Sequence record: SRR20825010_719
Strand: one strand, 5' to 3'
Length of the DNA stretch: 49,777 nucleotides
How positions within the stretch are numbered: the first letter of the stretch is position 1; every line of letters starts with the position of its first letter. The position numbers were made by a program, and so were the translations under genes. The notes beneath the pieces are model-generated. The model ran no database searches and was not told where the DNA came from. It saw nothing but the letters and a program-made list of their open reading frames with translations. Shown here piece after piece: positions 8,901-19,065 of the stretch.

Positions 8901-11900
8901 CTATTCAAAATCCTTGAAGAAGCTCAAGTCAGCTTTGTCATAAGCAGCTTTAAACTTTGGCCAAGCATTGTTGAAGAATGTATTGACTGTGTCCTCTGTG
9001 AGCTTGATCATTTGCTCTGCATTTTTCACTGCGGTTCTTTCAGTTTCTCCAGGAGCTCCCATGCGAGAGTTGTTATATCTTCTGGCTTCCTGAATATAGT
9101 TATTGGCAGTAGTAAAGCGCTCTCTCACTGCGGCCTGACCTCTTTCTCCAGGTAAACCGATAGTTAGTTTTCTAGCTGGTTCGAAACTTTTCTTCACCTC
9201 GTCAATAGCTTTTTTCAAGTCCTTCACTTTGTCAGCGTCAGCATTTTTCATTTGAGCCTCTACTTTCTCGATGATGTCGTTTGCGGACCTAACACGATTA
9301 GTTACTTCAGCAAAAGACTGTGTCATTTTAAGTACTTCATCTTCAAATGTTTTATTGGCCTGAAGCTCAGATATACTGATTTCCATTCTTGGGTCAAGAC
9401 CAACTTTGACCATCTTAGAAACTTGCTGATCGCCAAATTCTAAAATTACTTTGTAAGTCCCTGGTAGGGCTGACCCCGCAGATTGCTCTCGGCTTCCGCC
9501 TCCGCCTCCACCAAATCCGCCAAATCTACCACCTCCTCCGCCACCGGAGAATTCAACAGGGTATGGATTTCTTCTGTCCAAGTTCCAAGACATAGAGTTG
9601 ATTTCACCCTTCTTTACGTTTGATGTATTCGTGCGAATAGTATCTCCACTAGCGTTAAGTACAATCATTTTCACTCTTGTAGGTAACTTTTTAGCAGGAG
9701 TCTCAGTTGCTTCAGCTTCTTTGTTGTTACGGTTTCTGCGAGAAGATTTACTTTCATCAACAAGCTCTTCTTTTTTCGCATCATCTCTAACCCAGAACAT
9801 TACATTAGCAGAGCTCACATATTTGTTTTCACCTACAAATGGACCTCCATCTGCTGCGAAACGCATTCCAGCTGGCTGACGGTAAGTCATTTGATAAGCA
9901 TCTGCAATATCAAACATTACGATATCCGAATTTTTAACAGTTTCAACACCTTGAGCTGCAAACTCTCTCAATGGTCTTAGATTATCTAATACATAGAAAG
10001 CTCTACCAAAAGTACCAATTGCTAAATCATCGTCTCTTTCTTGCCAAGCCAGATCCATGGTAGAAACATTAGGGTAGCCGTGCGTCCACTTGTTCCAGTT
10101 TTTAGCATAGTCAAAGCTTACATATAAACCGTTTTCAGTACCTAAGAAAATAAGGTTTGGCTCTTTTCCATCTTGAAGAATAGAGAGTGTATAGCCAAAT
10201 ACATCACCGTCATCTACAATTCTTGTCCAAGTTTGGCCAAAATCTAAAGTGTGGTAAGCATAAGCAGTAAAATTGTTTCTTCTGTAATCATTGGCAATTA
10301 CAAAAGCTTCACCTGCATTGTGCAATGAAGCTGTAATTTGAGGAATCCAGCTACCAGCAGGTAAGCCTGGAAGTTTAGCCGCAACATTAGTCCATGTTTG
10401 ACCTCTGTCTTTGGTTACTTGAACATTTCCGTCATCAGTTCCTGCCCAAATCACATTTCTATCCACTGGACTTGGTGCAATTGTCAATAAAGTAGTATGG
10501 TTTTCTGCACCAGTTGCGTCTAATGTTAAACCACCACTTTCATTTTGTTTTTGCTTTTCAGGGTCGTTAGTAGAAAGGTCTGGAGAAATAATAGTCCAGT
10601 CATCTCCTCTGTTTGTGCTGTAATGAACATGCTGAGAACCATAATAAACAGCATTAGGATTATGGGGGTCCAAAGCTACCGGTGCGTTCCAGTTGAATCG
10701 CAAATTGGTAGCAGTGTCTGGAGCGGTTGGTTTAACCGTTTTTGTATAGCCACTTTCTTTGTCGTAACGAGTTACGTTTCCTTGTTGCGACATTGTGTAG
10801 CCATATCTTGAATCGCCATTAATAGGAGCTACGTCAAAACCATCACCAAAGCTTAGTTCTTGCCAATCGTGGTTTCTGATTCCATCTCTGTTAAAAACAT
10901 ATGCGGGGCCAACCCATGAACCGTTGTCTTGCATACCACCGTAAAGGTTGTACGGGAACTCATTGTCCACATTTACGTGATAGAACTGACCAACAGGTAG
11001 TTTCTCAGTGAATCTCCAAGTTTTAGCCATGTCACGCGTAATATTCAAACCACCATCATTTCCATCAATCATATATGAAGGATCTTCAGGGTGAATCCAC
11101 CAAGCGTGGTGATCTGGGTGAACGCCAGAGTAAGGAATGATTTCTTCCCAAGACTTTCCTCCATCTTCAGACCTAGAAACTCTAGAGAAAAGGCTGTACA
11201 CTCTGTTTTCGTTTTTTGTATCTACAAAGATGTCGGCATAATAGAATGGACGATCACCAATGTTTTGAGTCGTAGCAGAAGCTGCTCTTAACTCCCAGCT
11301 AATACCACCATCTGTTGAGCGATAAAGACCGTTGGCCTTTGATTCAATCATTGCGTAAACGTAATCTGGTCTGCTTCTAGAAATGGCTAAACCAATTCTT
11401 CCATAATCACCTTGTGGCAATCCTTTTTCTCCAGTTAGGTTTTTGAAAGTATCTCCACCATCGTTGGTTACATAAAGTCCTGAACCTGGGCCACCAGATT
11501 TGAAGAACCAAGGCCATCTTTTGTGTTCCCACATGGCAACAAAAATCTTATTTGGGTTAGAAGGGTCAGCAACCATGTCGGCTACTCCAGTAAGGTTGTT
11601 GGTGTAAAGGATTTTCTCCCAAGTTTTACCACCATCTTTTGTTCTGAAAAGACCTCTTTCTTCGTGTTCACCCCAAGGAGAACCGATTGCTCCAACATAA
11701 ACGATGTCTGGATTGTCTGGGTGAATGTAAATTCTATGGATGTTACGGGTTTTTTCAAGTCCCATTAAATCCCAAGTTTCACCACCATCAATAGAACGAT
11801 AAACACCGTATCCTCCACTTACAGAGTTACGTGGATTTCCTTCACCAGTTCCTACCCAAATGATGTCTGGGTTTTTTTGATAAATAGAAACTGCACCAAT

Positions 11901-12197
11901 ACCTTGTACAGCTTCATCATCAAAAATAGGCTCCCAGTTAAGGCCACCACCAGTTGAACGCCATAAACCACCAGAGGCGGCACCTGCATAGATAATTTCA
12001 GGGTTGCTTTCGACTACATCAATGGCCGTGATTCTACCACTCATGGCGGCTGGCCCGATGCTTCTGGCTTTCATGTCTTTGAAAAGGTCCATGTCTACTT
12101 TTTGACCAAAGGCCAAAGCAGAGAGTAGCATGAATGTTAAACCCAAAATCGATCTGATTTTCGAAGGTCTAAATAGCTTTAAATGCTGAATACTCAT
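8901..12197 (-). CDS. Exported VPS10/sortilin-like BNR (Asp-box) repeat beta-propeller protein, glycosyl-hydrolase-like
   Basis: Signal peptide; RSIGPAAMSGRI; many S/T-x-D-G-G-x-T/S-W Asp boxes; YGGMQDNGSW; C-terminal helical/coiled region. Confidence 0.85.
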   Translation of the reverse strand: MSIQHLKLFRPSKIRSILGLTFMLLSALAFGQKVDMDLFKDMKARSIGPAAMSGRITAIDVVESNPEIIYAGAASGGLWRSTGGGLNWEPIFDDEAVQGIGAVSIYQKNPDIIWVGTGEGNPRNSVSGGYGVYRSIDGGETWDLMGLEKTRNIHRIYIHPDNPDIVYVGAIGSPWGEHEERGLFRTKDGGKTWEKILYTNNLTGVADMVADPSNPNKIFVAMWEHKRWPWFFKSGGPGSGLYVTNDGGDTFKNLTGEKGLPQGDYGRIGLAISRSRPDYVYAMIESKANGLYRSTDGGISWELRAASATTQNIGDRPFYYADIFVDTKNENRVYSLFSRVSRSEDGGKSWEEIIPYSGVHPDHHAWWIHPEDPSYMIDGNDGGLNITRDMAKTWRFTEKLPVGQFYHVNVDNEFPYNLYGGMQDNGSWVGPAYVFNRDGIRNHDWQELSFGDGFDVAPINGDSRYGYTMSQQGNVTRYDKESGYTKTVKPTAPDTATNLRFNWNAPVALDPHNPNAVYYGSQHVHYSTNRGDDWTIISPDLSTNDPEKQKQNESGGLTLDATGAENHTTLLTIAPSPVDRNVIWAGTDDGNVQVTKDRGQTWTNVAAKLPGLPAGSWIPQITASLHNAGEAFVIANDYRRNNFTAYAYHTLDFGQTWTRIVDDGDVFGYTLSILQDGKEPNLIFLGTENGLYVSFDYAKNWNKWTHGYPNVSTMDLAWQERDDDLAIGTFGRAFYVLDNLRPLREFAAQGVETVKNSDIVMFDIADAYQMTYRQPAGMRFAADGGPFVGENKYVSSANVMFWVRDDAKKEELVDESKSSRRNRNNKEAEATETPAKKLPTRVKMIVLNASGDTIRTNTSNVKKGEINSMSWNLDRRNPYPVEFSGGGGGGRFGGFGGGGGGSREQSAGSALPGTYKVILEFGDQQVSKMVKVGLDPRMEISISELQANKTFEDEVLKMTQSFAEVTNRVRSANDIIEKVEAQMKNADADKVKDLKKAIDEVKKSFEPARKLTIGLPGERGQAAVRERFTTANNYIQEARRYNNSRMGAPGETERTAVKNAEQMIKLTEDTVNTFFNNAWPKFKAAYDKADLSFFKDFE

Positions 12198-12311
12198 TAA
12201 GTTGTTGATTTGATTGAAAATGAAATTTTAACAATTTAAACCAAGAACTCAGAAAGAGAAATTCAATTCGTAAGAGCGCAAACAATGTTGTATGAATGGT
12301 CAGTGCTTCCT

Positions 12312-12989
12312 TTACCATTCACTCATCAGAAGCTTAATACCAAAACCAAAATTTAGGTGGTCGAAGCGTGATTTTTTCACATTGAAATCATAAAGTTCAT
12401 CCGTTTGATTGTAGCTAACGCTTTGTGGGGTTAAGTAATCGACACTGGAGGATTTGATGGCTTTTATATTGAAGTCTAAACTGAGGAATTCATTGAGGAA
12501 AATCTCTAAACCACCACCAAAACCGTAATTCATCGCGAAGTCATCAATATCAGTAACGGAATCCCATTCTTCTTTTAAAGGGCCATCTCTGAAATGAGCC
12601 GAAGTGGCGATATAACTAGAGCCGCCAAAGAAGTCGGCATAAGGCTGGAAATTTCCTGAAACTGGCGGTTTAACCCTGATCAGCCCAAGTATGTAGGCCA
12701 TTTCGTTATTTCTTCTGATCCTCACATCACCTAAATCTTCACCATGCCAACCATCTCGTACTTCGGAGCCGTAGCGAGTTACACCTAGCATACCGCCTAA
12801 GTGAATAGGAGAGCCATTGATTTGAAAAGCGACATCGGAACTGAAACCACCACCCCAGATTCCGGGGGAGTCTTTTTTTAGTTCACCCACGGGCGCAAAG
12901 CCATTTAAACTTAGGCCAAAAGTCGACTGGCCATTTGAGAACATAGGGAAAAAGAGAAGTAAGAGGGGTATTAAAAAGTATTTTGACAT
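12312..12989 (-). CDS. Outer-membrane beta-barrel domain protein
   Basis: Signal peptide, alternating amphipathic strands (NYGFGGGLEIF, LNFGFGIKL). Confidence 0.7.
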   Translation of the reverse strand: MSKYFLIPLLLLFFPMFSNGQSTFGLSLNGFAPVGELKKDSPGIWGGGFSSDVAFQINGSPIHLGGMLGVTRYGSEVRDGWHGEDLGDVRIRRNNEMAYILGLIRVKPPVSGNFQPYADFFGGSSYIATSAHFRDGPLKEEWDSVTDIDDFAMNYGFGGGLEIFLNEFLSLDFNIKAIKSSSVDYLTPQSVSYNQTDELYDFNVKKSRFDHLNFGFGIKLLMSEW

Positions 12990-13076
12990 GTTTTTGGTTG
13001 TTTTGACTTCTGCTTTCGTACCAATAATGTGCCAAAAAATTAAATATAGGTAATACTAAAATATTTTGATAACGAT

Positions 13077-13089
13077 CTAAAATAATTAG
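13077..13089. promoter_or_regulatory. CTAA-N5-TTAG palindromic operator (Bacteroidota non-canonical LexA-type box)
   Basis: CTAA-AATAA-TTAG 27 bp upstream of the XRE/S24 gene; one-mismatch copy CTAA-AATAT-TTTG at 13056-13068. Confidence 0.7.
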
Positions 13090-13116
13090 TATTTTTAGCT
13101 TTTTAAAATCTTTGAC

Positions 13117-13908
13117 ATGAGTATAGTTTCAGAAAACATTAAGCACCTGAGAAAACTTAAAAATTGGACACAAGGTGATTTTGCAGAAAAAATTGACATT
13201 AAGCGATCGCTTGTTGGGGCTTATGAGGAAGGTAGGGCAGATCCACGACTGAATAACCTACTCAATATGTCTAAGGTATTTAAAGTACCAGTAGATTTTT
13301 TGATTTCGAAAGACCTCTCTAACCTAAATGAAGAACAAATTGTGAAATTGGCAGCTCCTCGAAAGCCTTCTTCAAAAGTGCTCTCTATCACGGTGGATAG
13401 TAAAAATGAAGAACTAATTGACCTTATTCCTCAAAAAGCGTCTGCTGGGTATTTGAATGGTTATGCCGATCCAGAGTATTTGGAAGAACTCCCCAAGTTT
13501 CAGTTACCAAATTTACCAAAGTCGGGTACTTATCGCGCTTTTGAAATTACAGGTGATTCCATGCTTCCACTTAGGCCTGGCACCATTGTAATTGGTAAGT
13601 ATTTGGAAGATGTGACTGATATTAAGAATGGACGTTGCTATGTTATTCTTTCTAAAGAAGAAGGAGTGGTGTACAAGCGCGTTTTTGATTATACTTTGGA
13701 AAATGGGAAGCTGTTTTTGGTGTCAGACAATAAATCTTATTCGCCATACGATATTCCAGTGAGCGATGTGATTGAAATTTGGGAAGCCAAAGCGTACCTG
13801 AGCATGGACTTACCAGATTATTCAGACGATAAGATGGACTTTGAACAATTAAAAAGTATTGTCTTAGAGCTTCAGCAAGAGGTGATTAAACTCAAAGACC
13901 ATAGCTGA
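13117..13908 (+). CDS. XRE HTH + S24 peptidase repressor (non-canonical LexA / CI-like)
   Basis: N-terminal HTH (NIKHLRK...TQGDFAE...GAYEEGRADP), Ala-Gly cleavage site ASAGY, catalytic Ser in GDSM and Lys in VYKR. Confidence 0.9.
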   Translation: MSIVSENIKHLRKLKNWTQGDFAEKIDIKRSLVGAYEEGRADPRLNNLLNMSKVFKVPVDFLISKDLSNLNEEQIVKLAAPRKPSSKVLSITVDSKNEELIDLIPQKASAGYLNGYADPEYLEELPKFQLPNLPKSGTYRAFEITGDSMLPLRPGTIVIGKYLEDVTDIKNGRCYVILSKEEGVVYKRVFDYTLENGKLFLVSDNKSYSPYDIPVSDVIEIWEAKAYLSMDLPDYSDDKMDFEQLKSIVLELQQEVIKLKDHS

Positions 13909-13914
13909 AATAAG

Positions 13915-14982
13915 CTATTCTATCGTTAGCTGCTTAGAAAGGGCTATTCTGTCTTTTTTTCCTGTAGCTGTTCTGGGCAGTATGTCTATTAAAAACAGCG
14001 CATTAGGTTTATGGTATTTCTTTAAAGACGAGTCTATGGCGGATTTCAATTTAGGAATAGTCCTGTTGTGCTTATTAACGATTACCGCTACATAGGTTTC
14101 GCCAAGCTGCTGATGACTTTTCTTTAAGAGTACTACTTCTGTATTTAGAAGCTGTTCAAGCTGGTTTTCTAGTTGATCTAAATGAATTTTAACTCCACCA
14201 GAATTGATTGCAAAATCTGCCCTGCCCAGCCATTTAAATTCCGATCCTCTAAGTTCCATGACATCATTGGTCTGAATCCATTGGTCAAGCGTTACATCGC
14301 CTTTTATTCGTAAACAATCACGATCGTCTGTTGCTACAGAAATACCATCTAATACTGTAAAAAAGTCACTCTTATTAGTGCCATTCATGGCTTTGAGCGC
14401 GATATGCGAAACAGTTTCTGTCATTCCGTAAGTGCTAAAAACCCTAGCGGAAAGCGATTGCAAGTCCTTTTCCAGTTGTGAGCTAATTGGGGCGCCGCCT
14501 ACAATAATGATTTCGATGTTGTTCAGTTGATTTCTTCCTTTTTCAGTAGCTAACATACGCTCAAGCTGAAGGGGGACTAGGGCCACAAAAGAGAACTTCG
14601 CATCGTCTTTTAAATGTTCCTCTGGGTTTGAGTTTGGAGGGACTAACGTAAGATTCCATTCAAACTCCATGGCCCTAACTAGCATCATTTTACCTCCGAT
14701 AAATTCGGGGTTGATGCACAGTAAGGCTGGAATGTTTTTACCTAGCTTTAACGCTTCGGCCGTTCTTTTGGCGCTAGCAATCATTTGAGATCTAGAAATG
14801 TAAATAGTTTTAGGTTTTCCTGTAGAACCAGAGGTGTTTTGAGCAAAACTTTCCTTGCCAGTGCGCCATTCATTTATGAACTTAGCGGCTGAAATATAGG
14901 ACTCATCATGGCTTGATTCTTGTGATAAATGCAACTTTGAAAAACTATTTTTCGTCCCATTCCAAATCAAATTGCCGCTCAT
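13915..14982 (-). CDS. menE: O-succinylbenzoate-CoA ligase (short Bacteroidota type)
   Basis: AMP-binding TSGSTGKPK, YGMTET, GRAD..INSGGVK; close to menD/menF. Confidence 0.85.
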   Translation of the reverse strand: MSGNLIWNGTKNSFSKLHLSQESSHDESYISAAKFINEWRTGKESFAQNTSGSTGKPKTIYISRSQMIASAKRTAEALKLGKNIPALLCINPEFIGGKMMLVRAMEFEWNLTLVPPNSNPEEHLKDDAKFSFVALVPLQLERMLATEKGRNQLNNIEIIIVGGAPISSQLEKDLQSLSARVFSTYGMTETVSHIALKAMNGTNKSDFFTVLDGISVATDDRDCLRIKGDVTLDQWIQTNDVMELRGSEFKWLGRADFAINSGGVKIHLDQLENQLEQLLNTEVVLLKKSHQQLGETYVAVIVNKHNRTIPKLKSAIDSSLKKYHKPNALFLIDILPRTATGKKDRIALSKQLTIE

Positions 14983-15001
14983 AGGCCAATTTTAGTTCAT
15001 T

Positions 15002-16126
15002 ATGATTAGAGTTCAAACCATAACGCTTGCCTTTCTTATTTTTCTGACATTTTCTGTCCTTGGACAAAGCGCCTCACAGTTTGTGATCAAGGGGAATGTT
15101 TCGGACAACCAAACAGGAGAAACGTTGCCTTTTGCGGCTGTGTTTTTGGCCAACACTACGGTTGGTACGGTAACGAATGATAAGGGAGACTTTGTGCTCC
15201 GTGTACCAAAGTCAGGTTCATATGATTTGATAATCAAGTTTGCAGGTTATAAAACCTTTATCAAGTCCATTCAGTTTTTCGAAGCTCAAAGCTTTGAGGT
15301 CAATGCAAAGCTTGAAGTTGAAACTAGACAAATGAGGGGGGTGACAGTAACTGCCAAAAAGGATGAAAAGTGGAAGCGTAATCTTGAAGATTTCAAAAGG
15401 GGCTTTTTAGGGACATCCGCCTTTGCCAGAGAGTGTAAGATACTAAATGAAGAAGTAATTGATTTCTATTTTGATGAAGAGAAAAATATTTTTGAGGCTT
15501 TCGCTAGTGAGCCACTTATCATTGAAAACAAGGCGTTAGGGTACAAAATCAAGTATGTTTTGGAAGGTTATATGGTGTACTTCACCGAAAAATATTCTTC
15601 CTATTGGGGCTACCCGTCATATGAAGAACTAAGGGGAAATAAAAAGCCGAGGTTGAGATGGTTGAGGAATCGAGAAGTGGCTTATATGGGTTCTGTAGAT
15701 CATTTTTTCAGCAGTCTTTTTAATAATAAACTTAAGGAAGACGGCTATATGGTTCAAATGGCTAGAGATGTTGATGGTAAGCGGTATTTGGATAGAAACG
15801 AATTGGATTTATACCAATTTGTAAAACCGGGTTCGACAGCAAACTCTAAGCGTTTAGAGTTTCAGAATATTCTCTATGTCACTTATACAAAAGAGTTAAT
15901 TCCACCAGAATTGGGTATGGTAATAAATGTTTCTGACGTGCCTGTTTATGGAAATAAGCAACGTTCTCAGTTTCACATGTTCGAGGGCAAAACCTATATC
16001 GAGTTTGAGAAAAATGGGTATGTCTATAATCCGCTAGATTACTTAGTGGCGGACTATTGGGGAGTTGAGAAAATGGGTGACTTAATGCCTATTGACTATA
16101 TTAATACCCGTTCTGAGAATAAATGA
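15002..16126 (+). CDS. Exported protein with N-terminal carboxypeptidase-regulatory-like domain
   Basis: Signal peptide; IKGNVSD..TGETLPFAAV...GTVTNDKGDF; IENKALGYKIKY. Confidence 0.8.
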   Translation: MIRVQTITLAFLIFLTFSVLGQSASQFVIKGNVSDNQTGETLPFAAVFLANTTVGTVTNDKGDFVLRVPKSGSYDLIIKFAGYKTFIKSIQFFEAQSFEVNAKLEVETRQMRGVTVTAKKDEKWKRNLEDFKRGFLGTSAFARECKILNEEVIDFYFDEEKNIFEAFASEPLIIENKALGYKIKYVLEGYMVYFTEKYSSYWGYPSYEELRGNKKPRLRWLRNREVAYMGSVDHFFSSLFNNKLKEDGYMVQMARDVDGKRYLDRNELDLYQFVKPGSTANSKRLEFQNILYVTYTKELIPPELGMVINVSDVPVYGNKQRSQFHMFEGKTYIEFEKNGYVYNPLDYLVADYWGVEKMGDLMPIDYINTRSENK

Positions 16127-16135
16127 GCCATTTTT

Positions 16136-17839
16136 TTAAGCTTTAAGGCCCTCTAAAATGGTTTGTTTATACTCAGAAAACATTTCTGTGTTTCGCTCTG
16201 AATTGGTTTGAATTTCTAGAATTTTAGCATTTTTAGACACACTAAAAAACGCTTCTAAACAGCCTTTCAAATCTTTTTGATTCGAACAGCAATGGTATTC
16301 AAAACCAAAGTCGTTCGCTGTGTTTTCGGCATTTAGCTTTTGTTTGGTTTCGAAATACTCTTCCAACTCTGGCTGTCTTTTTGGGCCGTCAATCATTCTG
16401 AAAATCCCTCCTCCATGATTGTTGAAAACAATCACACGTAAGTTCTTGAGGTTGTAGTTATGCCAAAATGCATTTCGATCATAAAAGAAAGCCATATCAC
16501 CTGTAAATAATATGACAGGTGATCTTTGAGACAATGCTGAACCAACAGCAGTACTATTACTACCATCAATTCCGCTTGTTCCTCTATTCGCAAAAACCTC
16601 TATCTGCTTATGTTTAGGGGCACCGATAATGTTAGCATAGCGAATGGCCATGCTGTTTGCGAAATGTAGCTTTGCTTTGTTTGGAACCATTTCAAGCGCG
16701 ATATTGAATGCTTGGAACTCACTGAATTTCCTCATTTTCAGAAAATCAGTTTTCAGTTTTTCAACAGTGCTGTTTGCTTTTTGCCATTGATTCAAAAAAC
16801 TGAAACTGCCCTTTCCTCCAACGTAATGGGTGAATTCTGTGAAGAAAATTTCGGGGTCAATTTTAATGCGCTCGGTCAAATGTTGCAAGCTATCATTCAA
16901 CTTCTCTGAAGAAGAGATGTGCCAATGCCCTTGAGGCGGATTGGTCCTTAAATAGAGCTTTAAGTTTTTAGAAATCAAAGATTTACCAATCGTAATCAGT
17001 AGGGTTGGAGCCAGTCCTTTATGCGTTGAATTCAGTTGTGGGCTTAAAAATGAGTCTTGATTATGAATGACTCCTGGCAAATCGTGTTGATTGGAAATAA
17101 CATCCGCAATTATTGGAATACCTGCTTTCTCTGCAAAACGGTAAAGTGCGGTATACAATGTTTTTGAGAACGGCATTTGACCAATAACTATGGCTCTATT
17201 TTGATGTTTTTGCCATTTATTGCCTAGGTCTATCCAATCCATTGGATCAATGGCGCCATGGATAGGAGTAGTGTTGATAACTCTCACTTCTGGAAAGCTC
17301 ACTAGTTCATTTGAATCAGGGTAAAATGGTTCTCGAATAGGTACGTTAATGTGTACAGGACCCTTACGGTTAATGCTTGTGTCAATCGCTTCGTTTACAA
17401 TTCTATTACAATGCCATTTGGAGTCATCGTGATTCACTTCTACAGGAAAGTCATAACTCGCCAAAACGTGCTTTCCGTAAATATTCGATTGTTGAATGGT
17501 CTGGCCATCATATTGATTCGTCCATGCTGGAGGGCGATCTGCGGTGAGTATCAGTAGAGGGATTTCCTGATAAAAAGCCTCTGCTATGGCTGGTGCGTAA
17601 TTGTAGGCTGCTGAACCTGAAGTACAAATCAAAGCCACGGGCTTTCCTTGTTGTTGCGCGATTCCCATCGCGATAAAAGCAGCAGAGCGTTCGTCAGGAA
17701 TAACTTTAGTATTAATTTTTGGGTGGCGCACAAAAGCCAATGTAAGTGCAGCAGACCTTGATCCTGGAGAAATTATGGCCGTCTCGATATCGTGAGCGGC
17801 ACATACGGTTGCGATATCGTAGATGTGTTGAAGAATCAA
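16136..17839 (-). CDS. menD: SEPHCHC synthase
   Basis: ISPGSRS, DERSAAF, CTSGSA, TADRP, NRGTSGIDG, TPP motif GD...NNHGGGIF; TTG start overlaps the menF stop. Confidence 0.95.
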   Translation of the reverse strand: MILQHIYDIATVCAAHDIETAIISPGSRSAALTLAFVRHPKINTKVIPDERSAAFIAMGIAQQQGKPVALICTSGSAAYNYAPAIAEAFYQEIPLLILTADRPPAWTNQYDGQTIQQSNIYGKHVLASYDFPVEVNHDDSKWHCNRIVNEAIDTSINRKGPVHINVPIREPFYPDSNELVSFPEVRVINTTPIHGAIDPMDWIDLGNKWQKHQNRAIVIGQMPFSKTLYTALYRFAEKAGIPIIADVISNQHDLPGVIHNQDSFLSPQLNSTHKGLAPTLLITIGKSLISKNLKLYLRTNPPQGHWHISSSEKLNDSLQHLTERIKIDPEIFFTEFTHYVGGKGSFSFLNQWQKANSTVEKLKTDFLKMRKFSEFQAFNIALEMVPNKAKLHFANSMAIRYANIIGAPKHKQIEVFANRGTSGIDGSNSTAVGSALSQRSPVILFTGDMAFFYDRNAFWHNYNLKNLRVIVFNNHGGGIFRMIDGPKRQPELEEYFETKQKLNAENTANDFGFEYHCCSNQKDLKGCLEAFFSVSKNAKILEIQTNSERNTEMFSEYKQTILEGLKA

Positions 17840-19062
17840 GAGCCTGAGTTCAAAATATTGAGTAGCGTATTGAATTTCATTTCTGTTTCCTCAAATTCTT
17901 TTTGCGCAACAGAGTCTTCCGTTACTCCAGCGCCAGCGTATAAAATTGCGTTATTCTCTAATAACTGCATACAACGAAGGTTAACAAAAATAGCTGTTTG
18001 TTTTTCGGTTTGCACCGGGCCTAAGTAACCTGAATAAAAAGATCTATCGAAGCCTTCATGTTGCTGAATGAAGTTTAAGGAGGCCTCTTTCGGCATACCA
18101 GCAATTGCGGAAGTAGGGTGCAATAATTCCAACATTACAGTTCCTAATTCAGGGAAGTTGGTTTCCTTCATGTTTACTTCAAATTCGGTTTTAAGGTGAA
18201 GCAAATTCCCGGCAATAATGGTTTTTGGACCTTTCTCTTCGTACTCCCTCAATCTGATTTTCTTGAAACAGTTGATAATGTATCGACTTACTAGGGCTTG
18301 CTCTTCAATTTCCTTTTGTGTCCAAGCCGTATCAGAAATAGATTTATCGATGTCTCTTTTTTGGGTGCCCGCTAGGGCCACGGTCTTAAACTGTGATTGA
18401 TTTACTTCCAAAAGAAGTTCTGGAGTAGCGCCCAGCCAAGTTCCAGTTTCAGGTGTGGACACAATAGAAACAAATGCATTAGTATACGCCTCACACAATT
18501 GTAAATACTTGGTAATTAAATCGAAATCAACATTGAGTGAAATGGTTTTCGATCTGGCGGGTACAACTTTCTGGAATTCATTGCTTTTTATGGCGCTTAC
18601 CCCAAGCTGTACTAAATCTTTATAATCAAGGTCGGCCTCTGTTAAGGCTAGATCTTTAATGTGGTAGTTTACTTTTTCTTCTGGTTTATTGAGCTGCTGT
18701 ATTACCCCATTTATGAATTCTGTCTGAAGTGCATCTTCGCTGCTAGTCAAGTCTTCATGTTGGGTGATTTCATCAAAATCAAAAGACACATGAAAATCGC
18801 TTTTAATGAATAGTGTAGCACCACTTTTAGGGTTGAAGGGTGAAAAGATGAAGCCTTTGTCGGAAGTTTCTAAATCGGGTCTTTCAACTTCTTGAACCTT
18901 GTTAAAAGATATAATCAGGTTAATTTCCTTTTGATGAGGTGATCGCCAAACTGCTAAAGGAAGCTCTAAATTTACGGCTGCCTGAAATATAGATCTTAGC
19001 GCATGAGTCTTTTCATATCCCGAAAAATCAAGGGATGATGTTGCTGATTGCTTTTGATTCAT
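17836..19062 (-). CDS. menF: Isochorismate synthase
   Basis: Chorismate-binding motifs KVVPAR, WLGATPE, ALAGT, LHPTSA, YSGYLG, VNLRC, YAGAG. Confidence 0.92.
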   Translation of the reverse strand: MNQKQSATSSLDFSGYEKTHALRSIFQAAVNLELPLAVWRSPHQKEINLIISFNKVQEVERPDLETSDKGFIFSPFNPKSGATLFIKSDFHVSFDFDEITQHEDLTSSEDALQTEFINGVIQQLNKPEEKVNYHIKDLALTEADLDYKDLVQLGVSAIKSNEFQKVVPARSKTISLNVDFDLITKYLQLCEAYTNAFVSIVSTPETGTWLGATPELLLEVNQSQFKTVALAGTQKRDIDKSISDTAWTQKEIEEQALVSRYIINCFKKIRLREYEEKGPKTIIAGNLLHLKTEFEVNMKETNFPELGTVMLELLHPTSAIAGMPKEASLNFIQQHEGFDRSFYSGYLGPVQTEKQTAIFVNLRCMQLLENNAILYAGAGVTEDSVAQKEFEETEMKFNTLLNILNSGS

Positions 19063-19065
19063 TTC

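Noticed and set aside
13117-13908. Prophage CI repressor
   Set aside because: No phage genes or divergent cro nearby; flanked by housekeeping genes.
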